Of a stretch of 64,000 nt of DNA, positions 56,053 to 64,000 are shown in pieces. Position numbers and translations under genes: made by a program. Numbering within the stretch: the first letter of the stretch is position 1; each line of letters starts with the position of its first letter. The notes beneath the pieces are model-generated. The model had not been told where the DNA came from, did not search any database, and saw nothing but the letters and a program-made list of their open reading frames with translations. The DNA is from an uncultured bacterium (lineage in GTDB: Bacteria; Patescibacteriota; Minisyncoccia; UBA6257; UBA9933): positions 2,915-66,914 of the forward strand of contig CAJVXI010000001.1 of the NCBI GenBank assembly GCA_913009635.1, given 5' to 3'.

Positions 56053-56158
56053 GCGTAATGCCAATATACAAATGCGTACTAATGATACGAATAAATACTA
56101 ATTCGTATCCATTAGTATAATTAACATGAATTAGTATATTAGCATTTCATTTATTAGT
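56053..56158. repeat. Repeat family C copy, short form, that fills the rplN-rplX gap.
   Basis: 'gcgtaatgccaatatacaaatgcgtactaatgatacg...'. Confidence 0.85.
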
Positions 56159-56467
56159 ATGCGAATCAAAAAAGGAGATATGGTAAAAATAATTACCGGT
56201 AAAGACAAGGGTAAGGCTGGTAAAATTATAAAGGTTTTTCCTGATAAGGGTTCAATTTTGATTGATGGATTAAATATTTACAAAAAACATGCTAAACCGA
56301 AAAAACAAGGAGAAAAAGGGCAGACGGTTTTGGTGCCGAGACCGATTAATGCTTCAAATACAATGATTGTATGCTCGGCTTGTAATAAAAATACTAAAAT
56401 CGGATACCGGTTAGAGAATAAAAATAAAATTAGATATTGTAAAAAATGTTCTGCCGCTCTACGTTAA
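56159..56467 (+). CDS. rplX: 50S ribosomal protein L24 with a C-terminal Cys4 ribbon.
   Basis: The KOW motif 'IKKGDMVKIITGKDKGKAGKI' and 'CSACN...CKKC'. Confidence 0.9.
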   Translation: MRIKKGDMVKIITGKDKGKAGKIIKVFPDKGSILIDGLNIYKKHAKPKKQGEKGQTVLVPRPINASNTMIVCSACNKNTKIGYRLENKNKIRYCKKCSAALR

Positions 56468-56518
56468 TAAAACTAACGTTTAATGTGAGAGAAATTTTCC
56501 ACTTATTTATACAAAATT

Positions 56519-57070
56519 ATGGCAAGTTTAAAAGCAAAATATAATACGGAAATAGTGAAAAAAATGAAAAAATCTTTTGGCTATAAAAATGATTTAGCCG
56601 TACCTAAATTAAGTAAGGTGGTTATTAATGTTGGCGTGGGAAGGTTAAGCCAGCAGCCAAATTTTGAAGAGAAAATTTTGCCGGAAATAAGTAAAGAATT
56701 ATCATTTATTACAGGACAGAAACCTTTATTTACAGCTGCTAAAAAATCAATTGCTGGATTTAAAACGCGAGCTGGTCAAACTATTGGGCTAAAGACAACA
56801 CTAAGGCGCCAAAGAATGTATGATTTTTTAGAAAGATTGATTAATATTACTATGCCGCGAGTCAGAGATTTTAGGGGCATTAATCTGAAAAGTGTTGATA
56901 AAAAAGGAAATTTAACTATTGGGATGAAAGATCAATTGGCATTTCCGGAAATTAATCTTGAATTCTCAAAAATTGACTTTGGCTTGGAAATCACTATTGT
57001 AAGTAATGCCGCAAAAAGAGAAGAGGCAATAGAATTGTATAGATTATTGGGAATACCATTAAAGAAATAA
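56519..57070 (+). CDS. rplE: 50S ribosomal protein L5.
   Basis: The L5 pattern is present. Confidence 0.95.
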   Translation: MASLKAKYNTEIVKKMKKSFGYKNDLAVPKLSKVVINVGVGRLSQQPNFEEKILPEISKELSFITGQKPLFTAAKKSIAGFKTRAGQTIGLKTTLRRQRMYDFLERLINITMPRVRDFRGINLKSVDKKGNLTIGMKDQLAFPEINLEFSKIDFGLEITIVSNAAKREEAIELYRLLGIPLKK

Positions 57071-57074
57071 AATT

Positions 57075-57260
57075 ATGGCAAAAAAATCAGTAATAGCTCG
57101 AGCAAAAAAGAAGCCAAAATTTTCTACAAGAGACGTGAAAAGATGTTTTCGTTGCGGTCGAAAACGAGGTTATATGCGCGATTTTGGTCTTTGTCGCATT
57201 TGTTTCAGGGAAATGGCGAGTAGAGGTGAAATACCCGGAGTGAAAAAAGCAAGCTGGTAA
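57075..57260 (+). CDS. rpsZ: 30S ribosomal protein S14, type Z (zinc-binding).
   Basis: '[23 protein letters not shown]'. Confidence 0.9.
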   Translation: MAKKSVIARAKKKPKFSTRDVKRCFRCGRKRGYMRDFGLCRICFREMASRGEIPGVKKASW

Positions 57261-57265
57261 AAATT

Positions 57266-57649
57266 ATGTACATCAATTTATTAACAAACATAAAAAATGC
57301 TCAAGCGGTGAAAAAAGAGAATATCAAAGTGCCTTACTTAAAAATGGACGAGGGCGTTCTTAGTGTTTTAAAGAAAAATAAATATATAGAAACTTATACA
57401 AAAAAAGGAAGAGGCATAAAGAGATTTCTTGATATTAAATTAGATTATCTTGATAATAAAGAAGGAGTAATTAATGGCGTTAAATTTATTAGCAAACCAT
57501 CTCGACGGATTTATATTGGTTATCATGAATTAAGGCCAATAAAACATGGTTATGGATTGTTAGTTATATCTACGTCCAAAGGTATTATGAGCGGTAAGGA
57601 AGCAAAAAAGTCGAAATTGGGCGGAGAGATATTATTTGAAATCTGGTAA
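57266..57649 (+). CDS. rpsH: 30S ribosomal protein S8.
   Basis: Position in the operon and S8 pattern. Confidence 0.95.
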   Translation: MYINLLTNIKNAQAVKKENIKVPYLKMDEGVLSVLKKNKYIETYTKKGRGIKRFLDIKLDYLDNKEGVINGVKFISKPSRRIYIGYHELRPIKHGYGLLVISTSKGIMSGKEAKKSKLGGEILFEIW

Positions 57650-57651
57650 TT

Positions 57652-58197
57652 ATGAGTAAAATAGGTAAAAAACCAATAGAGATTCTAGAAGGAATTGAAG
57701 TCAAAATTAATGGCGGCGAATTAGAATTGAAAGGAAAAAAAGGAGAAATGTCAGTAAAAATTCTTCCGTATGTTAAAATAGAAATTAAAGACAACCAAAT
57801 CCTTTTTGATATTCAAGTCAATTCTAAACAAGCGCGGGCTAATTGGGGGACAATACGGTCATTAGTTCAAAACGCTGTTTTGGGATTAAATGAAGGGTTT
57901 ACAAAGATTTTAGAAATTAATGGTGTTGGCTATCGTGCGGAAATGCAAGGAGATGACTTAATTCTTAATATTGGCTTAAGCCACTCCGTAAAAGTAAGCT
58001 CACCTGAAAATATTAAAATTTCCGTTGAAAAAAACATTATCAAGGTTTTTGGGGTTGATAAAAGTATAGTAGGAGAAATAGCGGCTAAAATTAGAGCTTG
58101 CAAGAAACCAGAGCCGTATAAAGGAAAAGGAATTAGGTATCAAGGAGAAGTGGTGCAAAGAAAGGCAGGGAAGAAGGTAGCTGGAACCGCAACATAG
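57652..58197 (+). CDS. rplF: 50S ribosomal protein L6.
   Basis: 'SKIGKKPIEI'. Confidence 0.95.
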   Translation: MSKIGKKPIEILEGIEVKINGGELELKGKKGEMSVKILPYVKIEIKDNQILFDIQVNSKQARANWGTIRSLVQNAVLGLNEGFTKILEINGVGYRAEMQGDDLILNIGLSHSVKVSSPENIKISVEKNIIKVFGVDKSIVGEIAAKIRACKKPEPYKGKGIRYQGEVVQRKAGKKVAGTAT

Positions 58198-58399
58198 CGT
58201 AATGCCAATATACAAATGCGTACTAATGATACGAATAAATAAATACTAATATATGATGCCAATATACTAATGGATACTAATGATACGAATAAATACTAAT
58301 TCGTATATATTAGTATAATTAGCATGAATTCGTATATTAGCATTTCACATAAGTATAATTAGCATGAATTAGTATATTAGTATTTCATTAAGCGAAGCG
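58198..58399. repeat. Repeat family C copy, long form, that fills the rplF-rplR gap.
   Basis: Nearly identical to 11904-12112 and 24571-24774. Confidence 0.85.
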
Positions 58400-58723
58400 A
58401 TGAATTCAAGAAAAACATTAAATAAAATAATACAGAGAAGAAAGATGAGGACTCGAAGTAAAATACACGGTACTGCTAGTAGGCCGCGATTTTCGATTTT
58501 TAGAAGCAACCAAACTGTTTATGTTCAATTAATTGATGACAAAGAAGGTAAAACTTTAGTCAGCGCGTCAACAAAAGAGTCAAAGAATTTAGGAGAATTA
58601 ATTGGTAAAAAGGCGTTTGAAAAAGGTATTAAAAAAGTGGTTTTTGATAGAGGTTCATACAAGTTTCATGGTCGAATAAAAAAAATAGCCGAAGAAGCGC
58701 GAAAAGCAGGACTACAAATATAA
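58400..58723 (+). CDS. rplR: 50S ribosomal protein L18.
   Basis: '[20 protein letters not shown]'. Confidence 0.9.
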   Translation: MNSRKTLNKIIQRRKMRTRSKIHGTASRPRFSIFRSNQTVYVQLIDDKEGKTLVSASTKESKNLGELIGKKAFEKGIKKVVFDRGSYKFHGRIKKIAEEARKAGLQI

Positions 58724-58779
58724 TTTTTTGAATTTAAAATAATTCGAGGTGTTTTTGAGATAATTTAAGAAATAAATTT

Positions 58780-59229
58780 ATGAGAGAATTAAAACCTAAA
58801 AGTGAATTTAAGGATAAGGTATTAGATTTGCGTCGAGTGACGCGTGTTGTTGCTGGCGGTAAGCGTTTTCGTTTTAGAGCAACAGTGATAATTGGAAATG
58901 AAAAAGGTAAGGTTGGAGTAGGTGTTGCTAAGGGGCTAGATGTAGCTCAAGCAGTTAATAAAGCTAAAACTAATGCTAAGAAAAAAATAATTATTATTAA
59001 TCTTAAAAATAAAACTATTGCGCATGAGGTTGAAGCAAAGTATAGCGCTGCTAAAGTAATGATTAAGCCGGCTAAAATTGGACACGGTCTTAAGGCAGGA
59101 GGCGCTGCAAGAGTAGTATTGCTTTTAGCCGGCGTTAGAGACGCTACTGCAAAGTGTTTAGGAGGAACTAAAAATAAATTAACTAATGCTTTGGCGACGA
59201 TAGAAGCGTTGAAAAAATTAAAAAATTAA
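58780..59229 (+). CDS. rpsE: 30S ribosomal protein S5.
   Basis: 'RVTRVVAGGKRFRFRA'. Confidence 0.95.
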   Translation: MRELKPKSEFKDKVLDLRRVTRVVAGGKRFRFRATVIIGNEKGKVGVGVAKGLDVAQAVNKAKTNAKKKIIIINLKNKTIAHEVEAKYSAAKVMIKPAKIGHGLKAGGAARVVLLLAGVRDATAKCLGGTKNKLTNALATIEALKKLKN

Positions 59230-59339
59230 AAATCAAAAATCAAAATAACAAATCAAAATTTCAAAATGGTTTAAATTAAAAATTTTAACATTTTACACTG
59301 TCATTTTATATTTTGATATTTACATTTTACATTTTTAAC
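59230..59339. repeat. Repeat family A copy that fills the rpsE-rplO gap, where rpmD (L30) normally sits.
   Basis: It ends 'ttacatttttaacATG'. Confidence 0.85.
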
Positions 59340-59753
59340 ATGCAATTACATCAATTAAAACCAAAAACTAAATCAAAAAATAAAAAACGCATAGGTAGAG
59401 GCGGAAAGCGCGGTACTTATTCTGGTCGTGGGATAAAAGGTCAGAAGTCCAGGGCCGGTCACAAAATTAGGCCAGCTGAGCGAGATTTGATTCAGCGTTT
59501 GCCGAAACTGAGGGGCATTAAGAATAAACCGCTTAAATCAAAGCCTGTAGTGGTTAATTTTAGCGATTTGGAAAAGAAAATTAAAGGTAATATAATTAAC
59601 AGAGACGTTTTATTAAAAGCTGGATTAATCAGAAAGTCAGATAAGCGAGTAAAAATTCTTGGTCCAAAGAGCGGAAAGATAAAACGGACTTTTCAGATAG
59701 AGGGGCTAGAGGTGTCAAAAAAACTCAAACATGAACAATCTAATTTTTCTTAA
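59340..59753 (+). CDS. rplO: 50S ribosomal protein L15.
   Basis: 'MQLHQLKPK...RIGRGGKRGTYSGRG'. Confidence 0.9.
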   Translation: MQLHQLKPKTKSKNKKRIGRGGKRGTYSGRGIKGQKSRAGHKIRPAERDLIQRLPKLRGIKNKPLKSKPVVVNFSDLEKKIKGNIINRDVLLKAGLIRKSDKRVKILGPKSGKIKRTFQIEGLEVSKKLKHEQSNFS

Positions 59754-59952
59754 AAATTTTGCTACTTACTCTGAAGCAGAACTTGCAAAAAACCTTTTAG
59801 AAAACAATGATATTAAATCAATGCTTCAAAAGGGGGATATTGCAGTTGCGGGAGAATTTAGTGGATATGCTGGTGACGCGAATTTATTTGTTTTAGAAAA
59901 AGATCACAATAAAGCAAAAGAAATTTTAGGAATTAAAGATAATAGGGATTAA
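59731..59952 (+). CDS. DUF2007-like small protein inserted between rplO and secY. It overlaps the rplO 3' end by 23 nt.
   Basis: 'YSEAELAKNLLENNDIKSMLQKGDIAVAGEFSGYAGDANLFVLEKDHNKAKEIL' matches the DUF2007 pattern. Confidence 0.4.
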   Translation: MNNLIFLKNFATYSEAELAKNLLENNDIKSMLQKGDIAVAGEFSGYAGDANLFVLEKDHNKAKEILGIKDNRD

Positions 59953-59953
59953 C

Positions 59954-61222
59954 ATGAACAAAATCCTCCAAATATTTAAAATCAAAGACCTTCGCAATAA
60001 AATTTTAATTGTTGCTTTTTTATTGCTGTGTTTTCGAGCATTATCTGTTGTTCCTATTCCTGGAGTTGATGTTTCCAAATTGCAGGAATTTTTTTCTTCT
60101 AACCAGCTTTTAGGTTTTCTTAATATTTTTTCTGGAGGCGCTTTGGCGAATTTGTCAATTGTTATGTTGGGAGTTGCTCCTTATATTACAGCTACTATTA
60201 TAATGCAGCTTTTAACAATGATTTTCCCAAAATTGAAGGCAATATATTATGAAGAAGGAGCTGCTGGTCGTGCAAAGTTTAATCGTTTATCTCGTTATTT
60301 AACAGTACCTTTGGCTGGACTTCAATCTTACGGATTTTTAAACTTATTAATTTCTCAAAACGTAATTTCACAATTAGGGATTTTTGACACCATAAGAAAT
60401 GTATTGATTATTTCAGCTGGTTCAATGATTTTAGTTTGGATAGGAGAATTAATTAGCGAACAAAAAATTGGTAATGGTATTTCTTTGATTATTTTTGCCG
60501 GTATTATTAGTGGACTTCCTAATATTATAAGAGGAGCAATTATTTCTTACAACCCGACTGTTTTATCCACTTATTTTACTTTTTTAGTAGTAGCTATTTT
60601 AGTTATTGCCGGCGTGGTTTTTATCAACGAAGGAGAAAGAAAGATACCTATTGCTTATGCCAAGCGCGTAAGAGGTATGAAAATGTACGGTGGTGTTTCC
60701 AGCTATTTGCCGCTTAAAGTTAACCAAGCTGGCGTTATCCCGATTATTTTCGCGATTTCAATCTTACTTTTTCCGCAGTTTGCAGCTCAAATTAGCACAA
60801 TAATTTCACAGGATTTTGCTTTAAAATTTAATGAATTAGTTAATCGTCTTTTTAATAATCAGTATTTTTATACTGCTGTTTATTTTGCTCTAGTAATGGT
60901 TTTTACTTATTTTTATACAGCAGTTACGTTTGATCCTAAAGAAATTTCTAAAAATCTTCAACGCGCAGGCGGATTTATTGCCGGCATTAGACCAGGTGAG
61001 TCAACTTCAATATTTTTAGGAAAAATTATTAGCAGAATAACATTATTTGGCGCTATTTTCTTGGGCTTGATAGCTATTTTACCAAACTTAACCAGGATGG
61101 TTACTGGAGTTACCATGCTTACAATTGGTGGAACAGCTCTTTTGATTGTGGTTTCGGTTGTTTTGGATTCAATGAAACAGATAAATTCGCAGTTGGTGAT
61201 GAGAGAATATGAGGAAATATGA
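59954..61222 (+). CDS. secY: Preprotein translocase subunit SecY.
   Basis: 10-TM topology and 'GGTALLIVVSV'. Confidence 0.97.
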   Translation: MNKILQIFKIKDLRNKILIVAFLLLCFRALSVVPIPGVDVSKLQEFFSSNQLLGFLNIFSGGALANLSIVMLGVAPYITATIIMQLLTMIFPKLKAIYYEEGAAGRAKFNRLSRYLTVPLAGLQSYGFLNLLISQNVISQLGIFDTIRNVLIISAGSMILVWIGELISEQKIGNGISLIIFAGIISGLPNIIRGAIISYNPTVLSTYFTFLVVAILVIAGVVFINEGERKIPIAYAKRVRGMKMYGGVSSYLPLKVNQAGVIPIIFAISILLFPQFAAQISTIISQDFALKFNELVNRLFNNQYFYTAVYFALVMVFTYFYTAVTFDPKEISKNLQRAGGFIAGIRPGESTSIFLGKIISRITLFGAIFLGLIAILPNLTRMVTGVTMLTIGGTALLIVVSVVLDSMKQINSQLVMREYEEI

Positions 61223-61262
61223 TAAAAAATTTCTAATTTCTAATTTCTAATTTCTAATCAAT
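61223..61262. repeat. (ttctaat)n tandem repeat.
   Basis: 'aaaaatttctaatttctaatttctaatttctaatc'. Confidence 0.8.
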
Positions 61263-61330
61263 TTTTAATGTTCTAATGTTTAAAAATTAAAGAATTATAA
61301 ATTTATTAAAAATTAATAATTAAAAATTCT

Positions 61331-62023
61331 ATGATCGCCATTATATTATACGGTTCGCCGGGTTCTGGAAAAGGAACTCAAGCCAAGCTAATAGCTGATA
61401 AATTAGGTTTGGTGCATTTTGATACTGGCCAATATCTTCGCGAGCTGCTTTATAATCCTAAATTTCAGAAAAATAAAATTATTCAAAGAGAGCTGAAGCT
61501 TAATAAGGCAGGTAAACTTAATACTCCCTCCTGGGTTTTAAAGATAATTAGTCAAAGAGTTAAAAAAATAGCTAGCTTAGATCAAGGAGTCGTTTTTAGT
61601 GGTTCGCCACGAACTATTTTTGAAACTTTTGGTACAGGTAAAAAACAAATAGGTTTAATGAAATTATTAGAAAAACTTTATACTAAAAAGAATATTTTTA
61701 TTTTTACGCTAAATATTTCTGCTAAAGAATCAATTAATAGAAATACTTCACGATTATCTTGCTTAGTTTGTCATACTCCTATAATGGGCACAAAAGTATC
61801 AAGTATGAAGTATAAAGTATTAAGTTGTCCGTTTTGCGGCGGAAAAATAAAACGAAGAAAAGATGATAGAAAAGAAATTATTTTAATAAGATTAAAAGAA
61901 TATCAAGAAAGAACTAAACCGATTTTTAAAAAACTTAAAGAAAAAGGATACCAAATTAAGCAACTTGACGGCACTTCGCTACCGTACAAAATTCATCAGA
62001 AAATTATTAAGTTATTGGATTAG
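61331..62023 (+). CDS. adk: Adenylate kinase, a long form with a Zn-ribbon lid.
   Basis: P-loop 'GSPGSGKGTQA' and lid 'CLVCH...CPFCGG'. Confidence 0.85.
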   Translation: MIAIILYGSPGSGKGTQAKLIADKLGLVHFDTGQYLRELLYNPKFQKNKIIQRELKLNKAGKLNTPSWVLKIISQRVKKIASLDQGVVFSGSPRTIFETFGTGKKQIGLMKLLEKLYTKKNIFIFTLNISAKESINRNTSRLSCLVCHTPIMGTKVSSMKYKVLSCPFCGGKIKRRKDDRKEIILIRLKEYQERTKPIFKKLKEKGYQIKQLDGTSLPYKIHQKIIKLLD

Positions 62024-62812
62024 ATGACCGTAAAATTAAAGAATCAAGAAGAAATTGAGATGATTGCTGCTTCTGGCAGGATTTTGGCTAAGGTTTTTAA
62101 AAAAGTTCTAAAAGAAGTTAGAGTCGGAACAAGCTTAGAGTATTTAGATAAATTGGCGCGGCAGTTAATTATAGAATATGGCGGTAAACCGGCATTTTTA
62201 GGTTATCAGCCAGATGGAGCGAGCTGTCCTTATCCTGCAACGATTTGCGCTTCAGTTAATAGTACGGTTGTTCATGGTCTTCCATTGAATTATCAATTGA
62301 AATCCGGAGATGTTTTTAAGCTTGATTTCGGAGTAATTTACCCTTCAATAATCTCAGGGCAAGTTAAAAATTTTTATTCTGACGCCGCTAAGACAATAGC
62401 AGTTGGAAAAATTTCTAAAACAGCAAAAAAATTAATTAAAGTTACCAAAAAAGCTCTTGAACAAGCAATAAAACAAGCAAAACCTGGTAATCATATTGGT
62501 GATATTGGTTATATAATCAACAAATGCGTTGAGAAAACTGGCTTTAAGGTAATTTATGGATTAACAGGGCATGGCACTGGTTTTAATCTTCACGAAGAGC
62601 CAACTGTTTATAATTTTGGTAAAAAGGGCGATGGAATAGAATTAAAGCCCGGAATGGTTTTAGCGATTGAACCAATGGTAAGTGTTGGTAACGGCCGAAT
62701 AGTTAAAAAACCAGACAATAGCTATGTTACTGCTGACGACACTTTATCAGCTCATTTTGAACATACAGTTGCCATTACTGAAAAAGGACCAAAAATTTTA
62801 ACAAAATTGTAG
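62024..62812 (+). CDS. map: Methionine aminopeptidase type I.
   Basis: 'DFGVIYP..', 'GHGTGFNLHEEP' and 'EPMVS'. Confidence 0.9.
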   Translation: MTVKLKNQEEIEMIAASGRILAKVFKKVLKEVRVGTSLEYLDKLARQLIIEYGGKPAFLGYQPDGASCPYPATICASVNSTVVHGLPLNYQLKSGDVFKLDFGVIYPSIISGQVKNFYSDAAKTIAVGKISKTAKKLIKVTKKALEQAIKQAKPGNHIGDIGYIINKCVEKTGFKVIYGLTGHGTGFNLHEEPTVYNFGKKGDGIELKPGMVLAIEPMVSVGNGRIVKKPDNSYVTADDTLSAHFEHTVAITEKGPKILTKL

Positions 62813-62843
62813 TGTTGTAATATTCTAATGTTATAATGTTTGT

Positions 62844-63605
62844 ATGAAAAACCCATACCTTTCGGTTATAATTCCTGCTTATAACGAGGCAAAAAATTTA
62901 CCTTTTACTTTAATTGATGTTAATAAGCATCTTTTAGAAATGAAGTTTCTTTCAGTAAATTCAGGACAAGCTTACGAAATTATTGTTATTAATGATGGAT
63001 CAAAAGATGCTACTGTTGAAATTGTCAGACGTTTTTCTTATTTAATAAAAAATTTGCGATTAATTGACAATAAAAAAAATCACGGTAAGGGATGGGTAGT
63101 GCGGCAGGGCATGCTTGAGGCAAAAGGCGACATCCGTTTATTTATGGATGCTGATAATGCTACTTCAGTTGATCAGTTTAATAAGATGATTCCACATTTA
63201 AAGGAAGGATATCAAGTAGTTATTGGCTCAAGAGATATTGAGGGAGCGAAATTAATTCCACCACAGCCATTTTATAGAAGATTTTTAGGCAATATTGGCA
63301 ATGCGATTATTCAAGTTTTACTTTTGCCTGGATTTTGGGATACCCAGTGTGGTTTTAAAGCATTTACCAAAGAAGCAGCAGAAAAGATTTTTTCTTTGAC
63401 TAAGATTGATAAATGGGGCTTTGATCCCGAGGTCTTGGCATTAGCAAAAATATTTGGGTATAAGATTAAGGAAATCCCGGTTGTTTGGGTTAATAACCCT
63501 GTTTCTCGAGTAAAAATCACTTCTTATATTCAAATGTTATTGGAAGTTTTTAAAATAAAATGGTGGATTATAACAAAAAAATATAAAACAAGGGCTAATA
63601 ATTAG
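62844..63605 (+). CDS. Family 2 glycosyltransferase (polyprenyl-phosphate sugar synthase-like).
   Basis: 'LSVIIPAYNEAKNL', 'VINDGSKD' and 'FMDADN'. Confidence 0.8.
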   Translation: MKNPYLSVIIPAYNEAKNLPFTLIDVNKHLLEMKFLSVNSGQAYEIIVINDGSKDATVEIVRRFSYLIKNLRLIDNKKNHGKGWVVRQGMLEAKGDIRLFMDADNATSVDQFNKMIPHLKEGYQVVIGSRDIEGAKLIPPQPFYRRFLGNIGNAIIQVLLLPGFWDTQCGFKAFTKEAAEKIFSLTKIDKWGFDPEVLALAKIFGYKIKEIPVVWVNNPVSRVKITSYIQMLLEVFKIKWWIITKKYKTRANN

Positions 63606-63664
63606 TAAATAGTAAACAGGGTTATATCCCTAGTTCCTAGTTACTGATTCTTATTTACTTAATT

Positions 63665-64000
63665 CATGAAACATTACCTTACTATCGAACGTCTCAAAGA
63701 ATTAAAAATTGAATTGGAGCGTTTGAAAAAAGATGCGCGTTTGGAAATTGCCGAAAGATTAAAGCATGCTAAAGAACTTGGCGATCTTTCGGAAAATTCG
63801 GAATATTCAGATGCTAAAGACACTCAAGCAAAGGTTGAAAGCCGGATCTTTGAATTGGAGGACATATTAAGAAATACCTCTATAATCAAGAAGAAAGTAG
63901 GTCAGGAAATTGTTCATATCGGCTCAACGATTGAGATTAAAAGAGACGGTAAACGTTTTACTTATACGATTGTCGGTTCTCAAGAAGCCAGGCCGGAAGC
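63665..64000 (+). CDS. greA: Transcription elongation factor GreA, truncated by the window end.
   Basis: 'LGDLSENSEYSDAKD'. Confidence 0.8.

Noticed and set aside
1-64000. CRISPR array
   Set aside because: There are many repeats, but none form short identical direct repeats regularly interspaced by unique spacers of similar length. The repeats are long palindromic cassettes separated by genes.

Overview
The window is AT-rich (about 30% GC by eye) and gene-dense, almost entirely on the + strand. The gene content looks like a reduced-genome bacterium, plausibly Patescibacteria/CPR, though that is an inference. In order, the window contains: (1) an O-antigen-ligase-like membrane protein and a four-helix-bundle protein; (2) a type IV pilus cluster (pilB, pilC, three pilin-like genes, a PilM/PilN-like fusion); (3) housekeeping genes (pth, lepB, hisS, HIT, rpsU, yqeY, ybeY, ftsA, ftsZ, class II B12-dependent RNR nrdJ, secD, secF); (4) an accessory island with two divergent TraG/VirD4-like P-loop ATPases flanking cutA and a large Cys-rich repeat protein; (5) efp, mnmA, a cob(I)alamin adenosyltransferase, and a split ComEC (competence domain and metallo-beta-lactamase domain as separate genes with a TrpR/YerC-like gene between them); (6) ddl, aspS, ndk, rpmB, NUDIX, ArsR, S2P protease; (7) the str operon (rpsL, rpsG, fusA, tuf) and the S10-spc ribosomal operon (rpsJ to rplO, secY, adk, map), then a GT2 glycosyltransferase and partial greA. 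No L30 gene is present and most genes lack Shine-Dalgarno-like sequences. The most striking feature is architectural. Almost every intergenic gap, including gaps inside the ribosomal-protein and ftsA-ftsZ operons, is filled exactly from stop codon to start codon by a member of one of at least five families of 60-200 bp palindromic repeats. Several repeats supply the last codons and stop codon of the upstream gene. Related short palindromic or tandem units are inserted in-frame into conserved CDSs (ybeY, secF, mnmA, cobO, a pilin N-terminus). Two ~230 bp elements with conserved 22-bp terminal inverted repeats, two candidate structured ncRNA regions, a promoter-driven 50-aa hydrophobic ORF, and recurring GTCATTnGAATGAC operator-like palindromes around the ComEC/TrpR-like locus are also flagged. 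No CRISPR array, rRNA or tRNA was recognised.
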